A stretch of DNA of 62,186 bases, counting the filler, from Bipalium vagum (taxonomy: Eukaryota): NCBI GenBank assembly GCA_037834085.1. It is 3 parts of 3 records of this genome, joined end to end, with 100 filler letters (N's around TTAATTAATTAA, not from the genome) between each part and the next. Parts side by side here need not be neighbours in the genome. Positions count along the whole stretch, not along the records: positions 1 to 25,706 come from JBBMKC010182074.1; 2 more parts are not named here. The stretch is one strand, 5' to 3'. Shown here piece by piece: positions 1 to 12,700 of the stretch. The first letter of the stretch is position 1, and every line of letters starts with the position of its first letter. The notes below the pieces were generated by a model. It was not told the DNA's origin. It saw only the letters and a program-made list of their open reading frames with translations, and ran no database searches. The position numbers and the translations under genes are program-made.

Positions 1-130
1 TAATTTTAATAATAATTTTAATAATAATTTTAATAATAATTTTAATAATAATTTTAATAATAATTTTAATAATAATTCTAATAATAATTTTAATAATAAT
101 TTTAATAATAATTTTAATAATAATTCTAAT
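1..130. repeat. 12-bp AT-only tandem repeat (TAATTTTAATAA)n
   Basis: About 10 near-perfect copies of taattttaataa read directly, with two t>c variants. Confidence 0.9.
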
Positions 131-179
131 TTTTAAAATTGAAAATTCTAAAATATAAAAAAAACAATATATCAAAATC

Positions 180-715
180 TAGTCAGCGAGATAATGATAT
201 ATTGCTTTATTAATTATTATTTGATTAAAGAAAAAGTCCCGTCGTGAGGACTATGAATTTTAATAAATCATTTATTTTGCCTAACTTTATTTCGGAGTGG
301 AGATAAGGTAGAATTAATGGTTATTAGAGAAAATAGCCGTCTCTAAGCATAGGGATTGGTGATCGTAGACCAATCTCTACGACTATATAAAGAGACGGCT
401 ATTCTCAGAAAGCCGCCCAGAATATGCCCAGAAAAGACCCAGGAAAAATCGTACATTTTGAAATATTTTTTGAGAATCTTGGATAAAGAATTAAAGAATA
501 ACTATTCGTTATTTCAGAGAAGTTCAAGAAGATTATTCGTAGTTATTGACAAGAAGTTCAAGAAGATTATTCTTAATTTTTGCCGTTTATATTCAGATGA
601 TTATGCCACAGGATTTTACAAGGGGACCCAGTTAGCTTGAAAATCCATAGGTGATCTGAAAAGGATCTAGTGAAAGACCTGGGGATCCCTTGTCGCTCCG
701 GGGAGATTATTGAAA
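180..715 (+). mobile_element. LTR-like or repeat-derived module with CCAAT/TATA and internal repeats
   Basis: GC-richer island after the AT tandem. It has CCAAT (370), TATATAAA (384-391), a 13-bp inverted repeat (332-344/391-403) and a 21-bp direct repeat agaagttcaagaagattattc (518-538/552-572). No termini resolved. Confidence 0.3.
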
Positions 716-3700
716 AAAAATTAATATTTATTAAATTATTGTGTAATAATAAAATTATTTATCGTCATTTCATTATTAAAATTATAATTGTAAACAAATC
801 AAAATTGATGTCATTTTTTCAATAATTTCCTTTAATGTATATAATTGAAAATCAATTTTATGAATGAGCATCGACGATTTTCTCATTAGATAATCGTGTA
901 ACCTGAATTTTTTTTCATTTAATAAAATTAAAAAAACTAAGGAAATAAAATAAAATTTCATGAAAAAATGTCATCAAACGACTTTGACAGAATCATTAAA
1001 TTTAACCGAGTAATGAATAATTAAAAGTGATATCGAAAATTAAAGGAAAAATTAAATAGCAATTAATAATAATAGTAAGTCTGAAGGTTTTTTTAATTTT
1101 AATTTTTTTTAATTTTCATTAATTGCAATTTCTTATAGCAATTCTTACACAATTAGTATGAATAACTAAACGCTTTTGATTGGTTGTTGACAGGCTTGGA
1201 ACATAATACTAGTCATACTTAGTCTTTTTTGTGGAAGAAACAGTATTGTGTCATCAGTAGTTCGCAAAACTTTTGATTTAAATGAAGAATTCAATTAATA
1301 TTCAAAATTTTAAAATACAAAACTAAAATGTAATCAAATAGAAAAGATAACTTATTTGTAACTTTTGCGGTAATCATTACGCAATAATTTGACCTTTTTA
1401 CTATTGCATTGATAAATCACTAAGTGAAAGTAGAAAATATTAAATAAGGTAAATCAACTGTGTTCATATGCGTTTTAGATGTTACGTCTGCTGTTACACC
1501 TTAATTTGATAAGTAATTTTAGTATGAATTATGAGGTAATTGCTTTTTTGGGTTATCTATCTTATCCTTCCCAAATCGCAAAAGACTAGTGAAGTGAAGT
1601 TCAGTTCCCGTTGTCTCTCAACTCGAAGATTGGTTTTAGCATTAGAAAGAATCACATGTGAAATCAAGATAACAACTTTCACAAAATATTATGATAAAAG
1701 GTAATTTTTAATTTATAAAATAATCAATAATTCTGTATTATGGATTAATTTAATCATGGGCGTTCTAAAATTTCAAAGTTTCAAACATCAATGTAATCAT
1801 GGGGTAAGCAACATTAAGATTAAATAATAAATAAATACTTTTTAATGTCAACCCTGCTTCAAAATGTCATGTTGAAAGGGATTATGTCATTTAAAAATGT
1901 TTTCAAAAAAATTTTCAATTTATTTTAGTTTTTCAATATTATTTCTCTTTTAATAAGCCATATGAGCTCTCAAGTATAACTTTTAAAAGCTTTCCAGATT
2001 CTATTCTCCTTTAAATAATTTTTAATTCATCTGCTATACAAGGTGCGTAATATAAGTCCAGAAAATCTCCAAAATAACACTTCAAAATTTTTAAATAAAG
2101 CTAATTATAAGATATTTTATTAACTTTTATGTATAAATTTTTGTCCTTCAATTCAGGTTCCTCCAGTATTGATAATAGGCTTCAAACGGAATTAGATTAC
2201 ACGAAAGAGAGTAATATTTGATAATTCATATGGTACCATATTTTGTACAGAGCAGACCTAAATAAGTTAAGGTACGAGGAACAGGTAAATACACCTTAGA
2301 GTAATAAATGTAATCTTTTTCTGTCTGTCAGTGATCAGAAGTTCAGCTAAAGGGTTGATTTTTTTTAATAAAATAAATTCGATAGGGTTTCTCTTGTGTT
2401 TACTGGTTACTAAAAGCTTGGTCGTCATTTTTATTATTGGTCTTTTAGAAAATTGAGCAGTGTTCTTCCGGTATTTACTATTCTTTCTTTTCTGGATGTT
2501 TTATCTTTCCTCCTCTTTGATTTTCCCTCTTTATTTTACATTTCAATCCATTCTGTCTTTGTTTTTTGTAATAAGTTTATAAGATCATCTTCAATGCAAG
2601 TTAATTTCAAAATTGTGTCTATGACCAGTTTCTTTTATATAATGGTACTAATGTTCGGAAAGCTTCGTATCATTCACAACTGATTAATAAATAAGAACTC
2701 AAGTAATTACGAAGTCTTACCTGCATTTAATTTGTGGTCCCCATCTTCGCATTAATAAAATAAAAGAATTAATATATAATGTTAATAATATAAACAGTAA
2801 ATTTAAAAGGAAGACAACTCTTTCAATTTTATAATTCGAAATCGTAGAGTGGATTCTTGAAATGCCATTAGAATTAACTTTATCGTCGATGTAGGAATTT
2901 GCAGTTAAGGACTTGTAAACCTCTCATTTTACAATGATAATGGATTTTGAACTGGCTTTAATGACTGAATTTCTTTTAAGAATGTAATTTAAAGTTTTTT
3001 TTATAGATGGTCCTGTCTTAAAACTGGTCAGTTATTTTTACCTGTTCCGGCGTTCTTCATTCATTTAAACAAAATCTTTTGAAGTTTTGTTTGACTGAAT
3101 CACTTTTCTTTTTTACTTTAATTTCAACTTCAAACTTTTAAAGTTACTACAAGAAAATTGTCCTTGTTTTTCGATCATATCTTTTCCATAATTCGTTTTC
3201 ACACATCTTTCCAATTTAAAAATTTTTATTTTATTTATTATAAATATTTATATAAATGCATCCAAAAATTTTATTAAAATTTATAGTGAAAGTAAAAAAT
3301 AAAATCTTCCATCAAAATTCTATATTATTAATATTTTAATACGTATAATTATTTAAAAGTTGAGGTACGACCTCGAAAAATCTGTATAAATCGACAATTT
3401 TCATTCGTGTACTCCAACACAAAGAACAACAGTATTCAAACTGAATTCACAAATCAAATTTTATTTATGATTAAAAGAGTGATCAATATATGATCAATAT
3501 CTTAAAGTTGACAAAGTTGAAGAATACCCATGAATTTAAAAGTAAAAGGAAATATTTTTCGTTCCGATTTAAGTGTAGTTTAATCTTTATCTGTAATTTG
3601 TGAAAAGCGAGATAAATGTGATGGAAAAAATAATAAATGAAGACAAGGTTCACTTAGTGCTTTTGCCTAAAATTGCTATTGAGAATTATTTCCTATTTTA

Positions 3701-4551
3701 TTATAATTTTTCAACAATATATATAGAGAGAGAGAGATAATTATATTTTGATCAATACAAGCAATTAAATAAATGAAAATGACAACGGGTAAAATGTTTA
3801 CACAATTTTTCTTAAAGGTCATGGCATTTGATACTCCTTATCAAATAGTGTAGAATTCGTCTATGTATATCTCATAGTTGCGAAAATATTTGCAGTCTGA
3901 AATGCAAATTATTACTGGAATGTGTAAAAATGTTATCCGAAAAATAATTACGTTTAATATTAGTATCATTGTAAATTGATAAAATGGGATATCCTAGTGT
4001 GTACATAAAAACAAAAAATATATAAAAAATGTAAAGGGCTCTTTTCACTCAAATGAGAAAAAAGAACAACTGTGACCTTTTTCAAAATATATTTTAAGAT
4101 CGAATAAAACATACGTGGAAAAACTGAGACATATTTTCAAAAAGTAAAATAAATAATTATATTGAAAAGATTGGAATAAAAATAGGTTCTATAAAAAACA
4201 AAATTACGAAAAAGTTAGAAAATTGTAGTGTAAATTTTATGAAAATCCCATTTCAAAATATTATACAGGGTGCTCCATAAATATGTATACGCTTTTAAAG
4301 CAAAAATAATAAACCAATTTTCAACCGAATTTATTAACCAAAGCGTTTTTTTGTACAAAAACTATTCATATAAAAAATGGCCATCAGCAAATTTAAGTAA
4401 TAATATATAAAATTTATTTCAAGACAGGAAACAATTTGTTTAATATTATGCAACCTAGCGTAATTCACAATCTTCAGGTTTTTCTTTTCTTGATCAGCAT
4501 GGATCATATGAGAAGGCAGTATCGCAGTTACACTTGCCTATGAGATTTGAT

Positions 4552-4715
4552 TGATTCGGAGGGTACTTTCTTCTTGCCACCGTTTGCATTTTTTCATAAA
4601 ATCCATTGAAGGAATCTTCCAGCTTTTTAATTTCATGGACTCAAAATCTTCCACATCTTCTTTCTTCATCCAAGAATCGGGAAAATATTTCCATCATATC
4701 TGTAGAATAAAGCAT
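4552..4715. repeat. Direct repeat R, copy in the 3' region of the retroelement
   Basis: Aligns with 7215-7381. The core 4563-4715 versus 7227-7381 differs by about 7 substitutions and 3 small indels. Confidence 0.95.
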
Positions 4716-4886
4716 GTCTAATTTCTTTTTTAACGAGAAATTTAAACAAATTTAATTATATTTTTTTTCATTAAAAAAAAACTTTTTTAAAATGAAAAAA
4801 ATTTTTTTTGATGGTCGACAAAAAAAAATTAATTGTCGTGAACAATTTTCGGACAACATTTTAAGATTATCAAACTATTATTATTA

Positions 4887-7207
4887 TTATTTATTCATTA
4901 ATGAATTTTCGATGGACTTTTTATTGCATTTCATGATTAGTCTGTTGCCAGCCGATAGGTACTGAGTATTTGAAGTTAACAAGGACTCCAGTGAGTGGAA
5001 TTTCCATATTTTGGCGTACTGTTCAATACATGAGATTGCGCATGATTTCATTAGACGACCAATTCGTTTTTTTGGCACTCCTTTTTTTTCTAATGTTTTT
5101 TCGGTTGAAGGAGGGACTGTGCCCAGAGCACCAAAGATACAAGTGTAAATTTCGATTCTGTAATCTGGTTTGATTTTTGCCAGTTCTAGTTTTAGAAACT
5201 CATATTTCTTTATATTTTCCTTGTCACATTTTTCAAAGTTTTCAATGGTGTCCAAAGGACACTTTAAATATTCCACCAACCGTCATTGAGGAGTTTTGTT
5301 GTTGACATTTTTTTGCTCTGGTGCTATAGGGTATCGGCTTGTCATTAGACAGTGTTTGTAACTTTTGTACCCTTTTGATCTTTTCACTAGTTGGATCGTC
5401 ACTATTGGTATTTGTTTCTATTTCAGCATCTTTGATTAAGTTATTCAAACAACCTCGGCACAGGTGTAAATTGACATTGTCCATTAGAACTTTAGTAATT
5501 CTCTTAGTCATTTTACATTTGGAGCAGATGTTCTCATTGTGTTGTTGTTTGTTCTCGTTCACACAGTTGGCGTTGCTTTTTACTTGTCTTGCAATCAGGG
5601 TTTCTGAGCTTGCTTTCATATTCCTATTATTCTCATTTTTGTTGATTTCATGCGGAGGAATGTATCCAGTAAATTTTTTCTTTGATTGGCTCCAGTATCT
5701 CGTGAGGAATTCTGTGAGATAATCAATTACAACTGTCGCGCCTGCCCATAGGGAGTTAAGACATACAAGCTTAGACCCTCTACCTATACAAAACTTTCTA
5801 CTGCCAGATAACAAGGATTTGCGTTTTTCGCAGATTAAATTGAATATGAATTTTATTGCATCAGCATTATAGTCGTTTCCCAACCGGTATATGATTTCCA
5901 TTTGTTCTTGTTTATCTTGCGAGTTGGTGTCAATGAACCGAAAGACAGAATTGATTTTCAGTATCATTTCATAATCGATTATATCGTTACAATTATCCAT
6001 TTCAGCAATTAGTTTTAGGGTTTTCAACTCATTTAAAGCGTTTTTGCATGCTATTGCTAGGCCAGAATTGATGTTCATCTTAGATAGCAGTCCTGACAGC
6101 AGTCCCACTCAGTGATTTTGTCTTTCGAGTGTGACATGACAATTTCGCAATTTTCCTTTGACGATATTAAGAAAGAGTTGCAAAGGGTGTTCCTTGCTTT
6201 GCTCGAATTTTCTGTCAGGAACCAATAGTTAATCGTTTAAATTGTTCTCCTGATCTGCTCCATCGAGGACGAAACACTGTTCGGCTAGTTTTGGAAACTG
6301 TCGGAATAATTTCAAGTTTTCCTTGTCTGAAAGCGGTTCCTGTCCTTGATGGTTTAGTGAGCATGAAAGTAAATCGTTATACAATAGTTCGCCATTAACA
6401 CAAAGAATTTGTGATTGCGTGAGGTAATCTGGAAGTTGATGATTTTTTGTTAGGTTACGAATGATTTCATTTACTTTTGCTGTTCTGATATCGATGTTTT
6501 TAATTAAAAGTGTGCTTTGGAATGCACTAGATAATGCAAATAGAAATTTCTGAATCGATATGGGAACACTGACCAGGATTTTTGAGCTTAAGTTAGTTGG
6601 TACGATTTGTGACTGTATAATTCTAAAGCCATCAAATATAACATTCTTGGTACTGTTTTGAGATGCTCTAAGGTTTTTATAAAAGACTTGCGATACTTAT
6701 TCTGAAATCTGACATGGAATTTGTTATCATAAAAGTGTATTGATTTAAAGTTTTCCAATTCTAAACATTCTCCAATGTTTGCACTTGCTCTAATTTCTTT
6801 TTGATGAGGGCGAATTTTCTTCTAGAATTTTTTAATTTGCATAATTCTAGGAGATTCGGAAATTTTTTGAATAGACGCCTACGTTCCCTGACAGATAGTG
6901 GTCGTAATGATTCCTTTAAATGGGTTGCCTCATCTTGACGTTTCTCTACTCTTTTTTCATCTTTTGGTAAGCATTTATTGTTAGGCACATCACTAGTTTT
7001 TTCCATTGGAATTTTTGATTTATTAGAAACAATAGTAGCATCATCGGTAGATTCGTTTTTAGCAATTAATACAGGTGTTTTGATTGATGATGTTTTAAAA
7101 CCCTTGTCAATATTCGACAAAAACTCGCTAATCTTGTTCATTTGAGCGCAGAGATCATTAACTTTTGCGTCTAAATTATCCAGCAGAGAATGGAATTTTG
7201 ATTGCAT
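4887..7207 (-). pseudogene. Disrupted polyprotein ORF of the RLE retroelement (N-terminal region, CxxC-x17-CxxC finger, RLE C-terminus)
   Basis: ORFs 6761-7207, 5242-6108 and 4887-5279, plus an unlisted open stretch at about 6240-6665 in the same frame as 5242-6108. They are linked by frameshifts and two in-frame stops. No YxDD or other RT motifs seen. Confidence 0.7.
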
Positions 7208-7214
7208 ATTAAAA

Positions 7215-7381
7215 TGATCCGGAGACGTACTTTCTTTCTTCTTGCCACCGTCTGCATTTTTTCATAAAATCCATTAAAGGAATTTTCCAGCTTTTTAAAT
7301 TTCACGGACTCCAAATCTTCCACATATTTCTTCATCCAAGAATCGGTAAAATATTTCCATCATATCTGTAGAATAAAGCAT
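7215..7381. repeat. Direct repeat R, copy at the 5' terminus of the retroelement
   Basis: Second copy of 4552-4715. It abuts the 36-bp target duplication exactly. Confidence 0.95.
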
Positions 7382-8479
7382 AAAAATGGCTATCAGCAAA
7401 TTTAAGTAATAATATATTAAAATAGTTCAGTTTGTATTAATGGACATTTTTGTAATCTTAGCATTAAAGATCTGCAAACTTTCTGACACAAATCTCCTGG
7501 AGTCCGACTGATTTCTCCGTAACGTTTTCTATAAATTTATAAAATTTTTATATTTTTCCAATAATATACAAAAATACTTCATGTTCATTGGTAAATTTTA
7601 ATTTGTCTAAACGCGTATACATATTTATGAAACACCCTGTATTAGTAAACATGCAGATACTGGTAAACATACTTAAAAAAAGTACTAATAAAAGTACTAA
7701 TGAAAAAACGCATGTATCAGTAAAAAATGTAATAGGAAAATATTAATGAAAAACTTTGAAAACTGGAAAGAGGGAAAAACTAGAAAAAATCTTTTCATAT
7801 TATTCAAAAAAATATTTCATGTTGCAGATCATGTAAGTAAAAGAAAATTATTAGTTGATACAGTAATATAATTTATAAAAATTACATATGAATAAAATAT
7901 GACATAATTTCTGAAGAGATATAAGAAAACCTACAGGAAAAAACAATAATGAATTAAATCTAGAATAAAATAGTTATCAAGAATGGTAATTGGAAATAAG
8001 AAATGAAATGGAAATCTGAGTTTTATCTTTTATATCATTTTGGGAGAAACATTTGTAGGTTAAAGTGATACTGGAAAATTAACTTGTGAAAAAGGGTAAA
8101 GAAACTCATCAAAGTGTAATTCAGCAAAAACAGACAGGGAAAACTTTATTTATATTTTGATCTTTAATTTTTTAAGAGAAAACTATTTTGAATAGTTTTA
8201 CATGTAAAAAATTAGAAACAAATAAAATTAATTTAAAGAGCGCTCAAAAAGACTTGTTAAAAATATAAATTTAGATTATTCAATAAGGCAGTGGCTTTTT
8301 CATTTATTCTCATGATAACAGGTAAAGCATTTTTTATTTAACAAAACATTCCATATTTGTTAAATTCTCACAGCTCTTATTAAAAAATTTCTAAGCTTAC
8401 TATAAAAATACCTCCTTTGATTCTCATGTACATATGGAAATAATCAATTTTCTAATTTTGATTTAATATAAATAAATTT

Positions 8480-8760
8480 AACAATTGCGCCGTGTTTCTG
8501 GAAATACACATTATTCACATCCATATTATTCAATGCTACCCATAAATAGTTAATCAAAAGTGAATTATACTTTTCCCCATTAACGGTAATTGCATTTCCG
8601 GTTTCATCCTTAAAGAAGTGTGGTTCAATGATTCCTCTTTCCCAAAATGCACACTAAACATTGACTTTCGGTGGATGTAGAGATTTTTGTTTAATAACAC
8701 GAGGATTCACATTAGACCATATGGGAGAATTTTATTTATTACCGTCCATTAGAACGTCCA
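8480..8760 (-). mobile_element. DD41D/rosa-type transposase relic
   Basis: Minus-strand translation HPPKVNV*CAFW..GIIEPHFFKDETGNAITVNGEKY...VYFQKHGA. Confidence 0.7.
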
Positions 8761-10007
8761 TTTTCATAATAGATTTGTATGATGAAAATTCTTTGTTTTA
8801 CGATGCATTAATTCAGGGATGACCCTTTACATTGTTAAAGATTTAGAAATGCCTTTCAAAGTTTTATAGATATACAAATTATAGAGTAAAAATATACCAA
8901 ATATATAAAGAGTGAAATTATTATTTTCGAACTTTTGAAAATAAAAGCATGACCAATATTTATTTTTCTATTTTTTCTTCATTTTGAAGTTAGTAAAGAT
9001 GTTTATTTATATATTTAAGTAAAATCTGTGTGTAATTTTTAAAAATATTAATATTTTTTTTTAAAAAAAAAGAAAGAAGATATAAAAACGAATAAGAACT
9101 CAGTGGTAAATATTAACCAATTAATGAATAATAAATTTAAAGATAATTAGATTATAAAAAAATTTTAACAGTAGAAAGTGCCGTTACAAGAAATTTAAAA
9201 ATCAATGTAAACAATCATGGAATGCTTGATGGATAAAGATAACTATTTTTGAAAATTAACTTACAATAATTTTATTTACAGATAACCATAAATATAAAAT
9301 TGATAATACCCCCCCCCCTTCAATCAGTCAATCAATAGACAATTATCACAGTTTTATGATTTGTTAAACATTCATCTCAGTTCAAAAGAACAGTTAAAAT
9401 TATTTGTATAAATAATATTACTATTATTGTCCAAAAATGAACAGAGTGAAAAATAAATGAGAAAAATTTGAAGATAAACTTTCCATTAGGAGAAATTACT
9501 TCCAAGAAAAAATTTTCATGCATATCGGGAAATATTAAAAATTTTGGAAAAAAAATTTATACTTGAGGTTCAGCAATTTATATTTTTGAAATGTCCACTA
9601 GTTAGAATTGAAGACAATTCTAAATGGCAATATTTTTAAAATAATACTTTAATCAATTGTAAACAAAGATTTACACAGAAATAACGATCCACATGAATTT
9701 GAATCAAATCTAATTAAGTTAAATAAATACAGTAGTATAAATTCCTGAGTCCAGTATAGTTTTTATCTGTTTCTTTACTTCAGTAATATAAACTTTTTGA
9801 TTTAGCACTGTAGTATAACAACAAACTGAAATTTTCCAGTGAAAAACTGAAAATAAAATCCACTGAGCTACTTTTTTTGTTATACATTCCTTTAAAAATT
9901 TTGGTAATCATAATATAATCAATAATACTTTTCATATAGTAAAAATATTAAACGTCTTCGTTAAAAAATATACATTTTTTGTATTTGTATTCATCATACA
10001 TTAGCAG

Positions 10008-10190
10008 TGAAGGCCGACCTTAACGCGGCTTGTCTTCAAGGTTCGAATCTCCATAATTGAAGCAATTGGATAACTTAGCAGCGTCCTCTTTTACCTTTAA
10101 ACTCGTATATATCTCCTTGTAAGCATCCCTCGTGCTCAAGTCTCTTTTCCAATAGTGGCGCAGAAGTCATCTTGTAGAAGTCATCTTAAT
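10008..10190 (-). mobile_element. mariner transposase N-terminal (HTH) relic
   Basis: LLRHYWKRDLSTRDAYKEI...FNYGDSNLEDKPR*GRPS. Confidence 0.7.
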
Positions 10191-11310
10191 CACCTGATTT
10201 GAAAAATATTTATTGAAATTTAAAAACTTAAAAAAATTATTTCAATATTTAAACAAATTATAAATTGCTACTTAAATAAAATTATACATTTTAAACATAA
10301 GATGTACCTATTAATTTCTGAAAATAACCGTAAAACATTTTGACCACAAACTTTTGCATCACCATAGTATTAAATATAAAGATAAATTAATTTGTGATTT
10401 CACAATTTTTCAATTTAAGAAATATTTAAAATAAGAATTCAATACAACTTGGACTTAGATTTCGGTCCGTGATGTAGAATTTATTTTATGAATATTCCTA
10501 GTACTTATTATGATGCTTGTGTCAAGTGATATTTCCTGACAAAAAATATTGATAATATTCCATTAAATTAATTTGATTTTGTGCTAATAATAAATTTAAC
10601 AATTATGAAGTTAAGATTATTAATATTATTATTATTATACAGTAATTATAAAGCACGTAAATATATTTTATTAATTTATATAAAAATTAATTATTTAACA
10701 AGTAATAATAAATAATGGCAATATTAATTATGTGTGAAAACTTAAATTTACAATCCTATATTTATTCTGAGACATCGAGATTGTTCTACTTATCAACTTT
10801 CAGTTAATTTTTATTTATTAGTAGTATCGGTAAATATATTATTTCGATAATAAAATTTATCAAAATCTGGATAAAATTTCTGTTACACAATATCAAACAG
10901 TCAATCCATTATTTTATTATTCTATAAAAAACCTTATAGTTTAATGTTAATTTGTTATAAGCCTTAACTAACCTTTCTGATGATACAAAATGTTTCGATA
11001 TGGTGTCAGTTATGCTCTCTCCATAAAACAAGATAAAAGAAATGCAGTTTTATATTGCTCCATCAAAATTGTATTCATTTATTTCATTGTTAGATCACTA
11101 CAGATATGATATCTCAGGTGCACCTAAAGGGTAGTTAATAGAGAGAAATGAGAAAAAATAAGAATTCGATTAGATATCTTTTTGGAAAAACTTATTTACC
11201 CTCTCTATACAATCCATTTTTATAAAACCCATTATTTCGTACATTATGAATTAAAAATCTCCAAAGTAGAATTGCACTATCACATTGACAATACACATTT
11301 AAACAATTTA

Positions 11311-11529
11311 CAGTCCCCACCAAAAGTCTTTGGCCACTTTGGAAAAAAGCCTAGTTTATCTTTTAGTTATTTATTTTTTATAATATATAATTATAAATGT
11401 TCTTGTGAACTTATTTCTAATGTCGTTAACGTTCTTTACATTTGTACTTAATAAATATTAATGACTAGAATCATATAAATGATTTTTTCTAGAATTTTAA
11501 GAGTGGCCAAAGACTTTTGGCGGGGATTG
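11311..11529. mobile_element. Tc1-like MITE, 219 bp
   Basis: 28-bp TIRs cagtccccaccaaaagtctttggccact (26/28 match), TA on both sides, non-coding interior. Confidence 0.9.
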
Positions 11530-12079
11530 TATATTTCATAAGGGTAATACAATATCAGATTGTCGTGTGTGTAAATATATTCACTATTTAAGTTGTTTTT
11601 AAAACCTTTTAAAATTATTACCTTGTCTATCATGGTAATTTTGGATGATTTCCAGGTGAATAACAACAATAACACAGAATACTCAGTAGATTGCCAATTT
11701 TCTTCTGTGCTTAGAAACCAATAGAACCCCGTTAGATAAAATTCATATTCAGTGATTATTTAATATAAAAGAGAAGACAAAAGGAAACCAAGAAGTAATT
11801 AAGGTGCCCTTCTAGTTCTTAACATCATCTTTTCAATCAGAAACAAACTTTAAACAATTAATTTGTGTTTCATTATCTAATTTCAATATTTATGATGCTG
11901 AATTTTGTTAATTTAAGAGACCCTTGAGATGTTTTACTGAATGTTATTTTTGTTTCCCTTTTACAAGAAAACAAATCAAAATCAATATTACAGAATATAT
12001 TTTGATTACAATGATACAAAAAACAACTATTTGAATATTTTTTAAGAAAAATAAACGGACATTTTAAAATCAAGAAATA

Positions 12080-12700
12080 ACTTGAGACCAGTACTCGTCA
12101 AAAAATGATAAGAAAATATCAAAGTGGAAAAGGACCATACAATTATTATTATTAACTGGATATAAATGAAAATATGGTAGCTTCAGTTATACACCTCTTT
12201 AAAAATACAGACAGGATTGAAGTATTAAAAGGCAATAATAGGTCAACCTCAGAAAATTAATATAAACGAGTTCTGAAATCAAAATTGGTAAATGAATTAA
12301 ATATTTCGACTAGTATTGCCACATTTAGCTCGTCTCTCCGTGAGATGAACTATACATTTAAAAAGTATCATTAGTTCCAATGGCACGAAATACAACCATA
12401 AATATTAACACTCGTGAGTTATTCGTTTGCAACAATCGAGGTTTTCAACATTTTCGAAAATAACACTCGTGTATATTGCGACAAATATGTGGTACTAGAC
12501 GAAAATAATTTAATTTTTCTAGATGAATTTGGTGTAAATTGTAGTATGCGAGCTCATTATGGTAGGAGCCTTATTGGAGAAATCCAGTTAGCTCAATACG
12601 ATTCTTAAAATATTCAGTACGCGCAGCTATAATAAAAGATGTTCAATATTTTAAAGTAAGTTATACCACTTTCAACTCTTTAAAATTTGAAGTATTAACG
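12080..12700 (+). mobile_element. IS630/Tc1-like transposase relic
   Basis: LIFLDEFGVNCSMRAHYGRSLIGE resembles the first catalytic-Asp motif F(I/L)DESGFN..RR.YGRS..G. Many stops and frameshifts. Confidence 0.55.

Larger units (their letters stand above)
4409..7381 (-). mobile_element. Internally deleted non-LTR retrotransposon with restriction-like endonuclease C-terminus (NeSL/R5/Utopia-like), no RT
   Basis: 36-bp flanking duplication at 4373-4408 and 7382-7417 (35/36). AATAAA at the minus-strand 3' end. Broken ORF from 7207 to 4887 ends in LKCPLD..NF..CD..N..KY..L...IFGALG...L...GV....I.RLMK.CAI..I.....IW..H, matching the C-terminal half of RLE domains. Confidence 0.75.
4266..7639 (-). mobile_element. 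Tc1/mariner-superfamily non-autonomous TIR element (about 365 bp when empty) carrying a nested insertion
   Basis: TIRs cagggtgctccataaatatgtatacgc (4266) and gcgtatacatatttatgaaacaccctg (ends 7639) match 25/27. Flanked by TA on both sides. A transposase C-terminal remnant EISRTPGDLCQKVCRSLMLRLQKC lies on the minus strand at about 7440-7520. Confidence 0.85.

Noticed and set aside
650-700. CTGAAAA...GAAA minimal hammerhead candidate
   Set aside because: Core G8 is missing, and there is no stem II or A15.1-U16.1 closure.
2350-3200. Possible LINE ORF1/AP-endonuclease relic on the minus strand
   Set aside because: Too degenerate to assign from motifs by eye.
4500-4563. Twister-like ending (GGAGGG) in the retroelement tail
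   Set aside because: It is antisense to the element and lacks the UAA cleavage loop and pseudoknot partners.
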